A DNA stretch of 30,959 bases from Bacteroidales bacterium. Its GTDB lineage: Bacteria; Bacteroidota; Bacteroidia; Bacteroidales; UBA12077. Under the pieces are notes generated by a model. The model ran no database searches, was not told the DNA's origin, and saw only the letters and a program-made list of their open reading frames with translations. Positions 26,521 through 30,959 of this stretch are shown in pieces. The stretch lies in contig JANQHR010000141.1 of NCBI GenBank assembly GCA_028282585.1, forward strand, positions 1-30,959, read 5' to 3'. Within the stretch, counting starts at the first letter, position 1, and each line of letters begins with the position of its first letter. The position numbers and the translations under genes were made by a program.

Positions 26521-26973
26521 CTAAATGCTAACACTTTGTTTTTCTGACACTTCTATAGTTTTCCCTCTTAATAATGCTTTTACTTTTATGGTTCCGGAAA
26601 TTTCCATATCAAAGCTTTTTGCTTTACGTAATCGGTAAAAAGTTGTTAAACCAGCGACTGCATTTTTCAAATATATATCAACCGTTAAATTATGGGTCTC
26701 ATCAGATTTGGCTGGAATAACCACTTCCTTTGAATTTTTCATTTTACCCATATAATTTCCGTTAATAGAAACATCCAGATCCATTGATTTTATTTTTATT
26801 TTATAACCATTGGGATTCGAAACAGGAACTTCTAATTCGAGGCTGATCTTATTATCAACCATTCCTTTGAAATTAACATTATTGACATCTCCAATATTAA
26901 CAGTTTTGAATGTATTGCAACTACTTAATAATGTAACAATTATTAATAATCCTATAAATTGTTTTATTTTCAT
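26521..26973 (-). CDS. LEA type 2 (WHy) family lipoprotein
   Basis: Lipobox LLSSC; VSNPNGYKIKI..LDVSING..G..VIPA is the LEA_2 pattern. Confidence 0.8.
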   Translation of the reverse strand: MKIKQFIGLLIIVTLLSSCNTFKTVNIGDVNNVNFKGMVDNKISLELEVPVSNPNGYKIKIKSMDLDVSINGNYMGKMKNSKEVVIPAKSDETHNLTVDIYLKNAVAGLTTFYRLRKAKSFDMEISGTIKVKALLRGKTIEVSEKQSVSI

Positions 26974-27000
26974 TTTTTTGTTTTTTCTATTTTTGATTTT

Positions 27001-28485
27001 CTATTGTTGCCAATTCATGGCCTTTTCAACAGCTTTTAACCAACCTGAATATAACTTTTTACGTTTTTCTTCTTTCATAAACGGTTCAAAAGCACGATCT
27101 ATTTCACGATTTTTAACTATATCTTTTATAGTCCACAAATCTATTGCCAAACCTGCAAATAATGCAGCACCTAAAGCTGTAGTTTCTATATTTTTTGGCC
27201 TGTTTACCTCGGTATTTAAAATATCGGCCTGAAATTGCATTAAAAAATTATTCGCACTTGCTCCTCCATCTACATTTAGTGATTTAAGTTTTAATTCTGA
27301 ATCCTTTTCCATTGCCTTAAGTACATCCATAGTTTGATAAGCTAATGACTCTAAAGTAGAACGAACAATATGTTTATCTGTTACACCTTGTGTAAGGCCA
27401 AGAATTGCTCCTCGAGCGTACATATCCCAGTACGGTGCACCTAATCCGGTAAAAGCCGGAACAACATAAACTTCTTCCGTATTTTCAACCTCCAAGGCAA
27501 TTTCTTCTGATTGTTTTGCATTTTCGATAAGATTCAAAGCATCGCGGAGCCATTTTATGGCTGCACCGGCAATAAATACACTTCCTTCAAGAGCATAACT
27601 AATTTCTCCATTTAATCCCCATGCAATGGTTGTCAATAATCCCGACTCCGAATTTATAATTTTATCTCCCGTATTCATTAACATGAAACAACCCGTTCCA
27701 TATGTATTTTTAGCCATGCCTTTTTCAATACAAAGCTGACCAAACAAAGCTGCTTGCTGATCTCCGGCTATTCCTGCTATTGGAATTTCTCTACCAAAAA
27801 TTCCCTTATCCGTAGAACCGTAAATTTCAGATGAACTTTTTACTTCCGGTAGAATATTTTCAGGTATTTTAAAGAGCTCCAATAAATTCTTATCCCATTG
27901 CAATTCTTTTATATTAAAAAGCATTGTTCTGGAAGCATTTGAGTAATCTGTAACATGTACTTTACCACCTGTCAATTTCCAAACTAGCCAGGTATCAATC
28001 GTACCAGCTAAGATTTCACCTTTTTTGGCTTTCTCTTTAATACCGGGAACTACATTTAAGATCCAATGAATTTTTGTTGCAGAAAAATATGAATCTATAA
28101 TTAATCCCGTATTTTCTCGTATGTAATCACTCCAGCCCTCATCCTGAAGTTTCTTACACAAATCAGCTGTTCTTTTATCTTGCCAAACTATTGCCCTATA
28201 TACCGGTATACCTGTTTTCTTATCCCAAACAACTATTGTTTCTCTTTGGTTCGCAACCCCAATTGCTACTAAATCGGAGACATTTATTTTTTCAATAAGT
28301 TGTTTTGAGGTATAAATTTGCGATTCCCAAATCTCTAATGGTTCATGTTCAACCCAACCAGCTTTTGGATAATACTGCCCAAATTCTTCTTGTTCCCACC
28401 CAACCACATTGAATTTGGTATCAAACAACAATGATCTTGAACTAGAGGTTCCCTGATCTAAAGATAAAATGTATTTTTTCTCCAT
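27001..28485 (-). CDS. glpK: Glycerol kinase
   Basis: [54 protein letters not shown]. Confidence 0.98.
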   Translation of the reverse strand: MEKKYILSLDQGTSSSRSLLFDTKFNVVGWEQEEFGQYYPKAGWVEHEPLEIWESQIYTSKQLIEKINVSDLVAIGVANQRETIVVWDKKTGIPVYRAIVWQDKRTADLCKKLQDEGWSDYIRENTGLIIDSYFSATKIHWILNVVPGIKEKAKKGEILAGTIDTWLVWKLTGGKVHVTDYSNASRTMLFNIKELQWDKNLLELFKIPENILPEVKSSSEIYGSTDKGIFGREIPIAGIAGDQQAALFGQLCIEKGMAKNTYGTGCFMLMNTGDKIINSESGLLTTIAWGLNGEISYALEGSVFIAGAAIKWLRDALNLIENAKQSEEIALEVENTEEVYVVPAFTGLGAPYWDMYARGAILGLTQGVTDKHIVRSTLESLAYQTMDVLKAMEKDSELKLKSLNVDGGASANNFLMQFQADILNTEVNRPKNIETTALGAALFAGLAIDLWTIKDIVKNREIDRAFEPFMKEEKRKKLYSGWLKAVEKAMNWQQ

Positions 28486-28541
28486 TTAATAAAATTTGGG
28501 ATGGTAAAAATACAAATAATAAATTGTGAATTTGATAAAAT

Positions 28542-28573
28542 AAAAAAGGCCATTTCTTATCAAAAATGACCTT
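28542..28573 (-). terminator. Rho-independent terminator after yebC
   Basis: Minus strand AAGGTCATTT...AAATGGCCTT stem followed by a T-run. Confidence 0.75.
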
Positions 28574-28592
28574 ATACTAACGTAATTTTATA

Positions 28593-29336
28593 TTATTCCA
28601 TTGCATTAGCTACCTCATCAGTAAGCTCTAAGCTATGATAAACGTTTTGCACATCATCATCATCTTCAAAAGCATCAATCATTTTTAGTACTTTCAATGC
28701 AGAATCTACATCTAAAGCTTTAGTATCATTCGGAATACGTTGCAAACCTGCATTTTCAACTTCGATATTCATAGAGTCTAATTTTTTTTGCACACTACCA
28801 AAATCTTCTTTTGCTGTAGTAATAGTTATTAACCCCTCATCTACCTCAATATCTTCTGCACCTGCATCGATCATTTCAAGCTCTAGTTCTTCAATGTCCA
28901 TTCCTTCAGGGACGGGGAACGTGAAAATTCCTTTAGTATCAAATAAGAATGTTAACGATCCATTTTTACCCAAATTTCCACCATACTTAGTAAAAATTGC
29001 TCTTACATTACTTACTGTTCTATTTTTGTTATCAGTTAAACTATCAACAAACACTGCAATACCATTAATAGCATACCCTTCAAAAGACATCTCCTCTAAG
29101 TTATCTCCTTCTTTATCTGCCTTACTAATTGCACGTTCCACATTATCCTTTGGCATGTTAACGCCTTTAGCATTATTCATTGCTAACCTTAAACGTGGGT
29201 TTGATTCCGGATCGGGGCCACCTTCTTTTACCGCAACAGCTATTTCCTTAACTATTTTTGAGAACATTTTTGACCTTTTAGCGTCTGCTGCCCCCTTCTT
29301 CCTTTTAATGGTTGACCATTTACTGTGACCTGACAT
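28593..29336 (-). CDS. yebC: YebC/PmpR (TACO1) family protein
   Basis: MSGHSKWSTIKRKKG, NPRLR, TDNKNRT, DDDDVQNVY. Confidence 0.97.
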   Translation of the reverse strand: MSGHSKWSTIKRKKGAADAKRSKMFSKIVKEIAVAVKEGGPDPESNPRLRLAMNNAKGVNMPKDNVERAISKADKEGDNLEEMSFEGYAINGIAVFVDSLTDNKNRTVSNVRAIFTKYGGNLGKNGSLTFLFDTKGIFTFPVPEGMDIEELELEMIDAGAEDIEVDEGLITITTAKEDFGSVQKKLDSMNIEVENAGLQRIPNDTKALDVDSALKVLKMIDAFEDDDDVQNVYHSLELTDEVANAME

Positions 29337-29494
29337 ATCAATACTAGATTAAAAATTATTAAATTTTAACGAACGTAAAATTACTAAAATTTAGAAATAT
29401 ATATAAATCAAGAATTAGAAAATAATTAAGACAAAAAAGTCTTTTTTTATAAGAATGATAAATGAAATTTTACCTCTACCCTTATAATTTTTAA

Positions 29495-29502
29495 TAAATT
29501 TG
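29495..29502 (+). promoter_or_regulatory. Bacteroidota -7 element for miaB
   Basis: TAAATTTG(CA), ending 24 nt before the ATG at 29527. Confidence 0.65.
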
Positions 29503-29526
29503 CACTGGATTTTATAATAAGATGTT

Positions 29527-30861
29527 ATGAGTAAATCTCAGAATTTATATATAGAAACGTACGGATGCCAAATGAATGTTGCCGACAGTGAAGTAGTAGC
29601 ATCTGTTTTGAAAGAAAAAGGTTATGATGTAACTGAAGATATTAATGAAGCAGACATTATCTTAGTTAATACATGCTCTATAAGAGAAAATGCAGAGCAA
29701 AGAGTCTGGGGCAGATTGAATGTCTTTAAACAAATAAAAAAGAAAAAGCCTGAACTTACGGTAGGAGTAATTGGTTGTATGGCGGAAAGGTTAAAAGAAG
29801 AACTTATTGAAAAAGAAAAAACAGTGGATATTGTTGTTGGTCCGGATGCTTACAGAGAACTCCCTAATTTATTAGAAACTGCTGAATCAGGGCAAAAAGC
29901 TGTAAATGTAATTCTTTCTAAAGAAGAAACTTATGCAGATATAAGCCCTGTTAGATTAGATAAAAATAGAATCTCTGCATTTGTTTCTATTATGCGTGGA
30001 TGTAACAATATGTGCTCATATTGCATTGTACCATATGTAAGAGGTGGAGAAAGAAGTCGTAATCCTGAATCTATTCTAAACGAGGTTGAAGATCTTTATA
30101 AAAAAGGCTATAAAGAAGTTACCTTAATTGGGCAAAATGTTGATTCCTATTTATGGGAAAATGAAAATAGAGATGAGGTAAAATTTGCTCAACTTCTTGA
30201 ATTGACAGCAAAAGTAAGTCCGGATTTAAGAATAAGGTTTTCAACCTCTCATCCTAAGGATATGTCTGATGAAGTTCTTTATACCATGGCAATGTATAAT
30301 AATATTTGTAATCATATTCATTTACCGGCTCAATCTGGCAGTAATAAGGTGCTTGAACAGATGAAACGCGGATATACCCGCGAATGGTATTTAGATAGAA
30401 TTGAGGCAATAAGAAGAATATTACCTGATTGTGCCGTTTCAACTGATATTATGTGTGGATTTCCCGGTGAAACTGAAAAGGATCACCAACAAACCTTAAA
30501 TTTAATGGAGCAATCAAAATATGATTTTGCCTATATGTTTAAGTATTCCGAAAGACCTAAAACTTATGCAGCAAGATATTTAAAAGATGATATTTCTGAA
30601 GGTACCAAAACAAGGAGACTCACAGAAATTATTGATTTACAAAACAAACTATCGGAGAATAGTAAAAAAGCTGATTTAGGTAAAGTTTTTGAAGTTCTTG
30701 TTGAAGGTGTTTCTAAGAAATCCTCGGATCATTTATTTGGTAGAAATTCTCAAAATAAAGTTGTTGTATTTCCAAAACAAAATTTCAAGGTTGGAGATTA
30801 TGTTTTTGTTGAGATTACAGAATGTACATCAGCTACTTTAATTGGCATTCCAGTAAATTAA
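29527..30861 (+). CDS. miaB: tRNA-2-methylthio-N6-dimethylallyladenosine synthase MiaB
   Basis: [19 protein letters not shown], radical-SAM [16 protein letters not shown]-terminal TRAM domain. Confidence 0.98.
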   Translation: MSKSQNLYIETYGCQMNVADSEVVASVLKEKGYDVTEDINEADIILVNTCSIRENAEQRVWGRLNVFKQIKKKKPELTVGVIGCMAERLKEELIEKEKTVDIVVGPDAYRELPNLLETAESGQKAVNVILSKEETYADISPVRLDKNRISAFVSIMRGCNNMCSYCIVPYVRGGERSRNPESILNEVEDLYKKGYKEVTLIGQNVDSYLWENENRDEVKFAQLLELTAKVSPDLRIRFSTSHPKDMSDEVLYTMAMYNNICNHIHLPAQSGSNKVLEQMKRGYTREWYLDRIEAIRRILPDCAVSTDIMCGFPGETEKDHQQTLNLMEQSKYDFAYMFKYSERPKTYAARYLKDDISEGTKTRRLTEIIDLQNKLSENSKKADLGKVFEVLVEGVSKKSSDHLFGRNSQNKVVVFPKQNFKVGDYVFVEITECTSATLIGIPVN

Positions 30862-30869
30862 AATAAAAG

Positions 30870-30900
30870 AAGCTGTCTCAAAAGGGCAGCTTTCTTTTTT
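30870..30900 (+). terminator. Rho-independent terminator after miaB
   Basis: AAGCTGTCT-CAAAA-GGGCAGCTT stem followed by TCTTTTTT. Confidence 0.85.
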
Positions 30901-30959
30901 AAATAAATTGACATAATCTTTATTTTGTCTAACAAATTGATTATCTTAGAGAAACACGA

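Noticed and set aside
26810-29328. Longer antisense ORFs 26810-27232 and 28894-29328
   Set aside because: They overlap the LEA2 gene, glpK and yebC on the opposite strand and show no independent coding signature.

Overview
AT-rich bacterial chromosomal window, almost certainly Bacteroidota/Bacteroidales (FtsZ tail ending NNSYLHDNVD, dcw cluster without murF/ddl, TAnnTTTG promoter motifs). The left 17.3 kb is the minus-strand division/cell-wall operon: mraZ-rsmH-ftsL-ftsI-murE-mraY-murD-ftsW-murG-[ORF6N pseudogene]-murC-ftsQ-ftsA-ftsZ-yqeY-VirK-like. Next come a His-rich MacB/FtsX-type ABC system with a DUF3299-like protein (probably metal-related), a divergent glsA/glsB-like acyltransferase pair (amino-lipid synthesis), a Crp/Fnr regulator with an SRPBCC-like neighbour, purF, SPOR and LEA2 proteins, glpK, yebC and miaB. 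No rRNA, tRNA, CRISPR array or transposase was seen. The most unusual signal is non-coding. Five gene junctions of the essential dcw operon carry small inserted or decayed elements: two inverted arrays with strict 7-nt periodicity flanking ftsZ, copies of a CCTGCCT-N5/6-AGGCAGG REP-like palindrome (one nested inside a heptamer array), a deleted and frameshifted ORF6N gene, and an interrupted 50-codon ORF. All family assignments come from motif recognition by eye, not from database searches.
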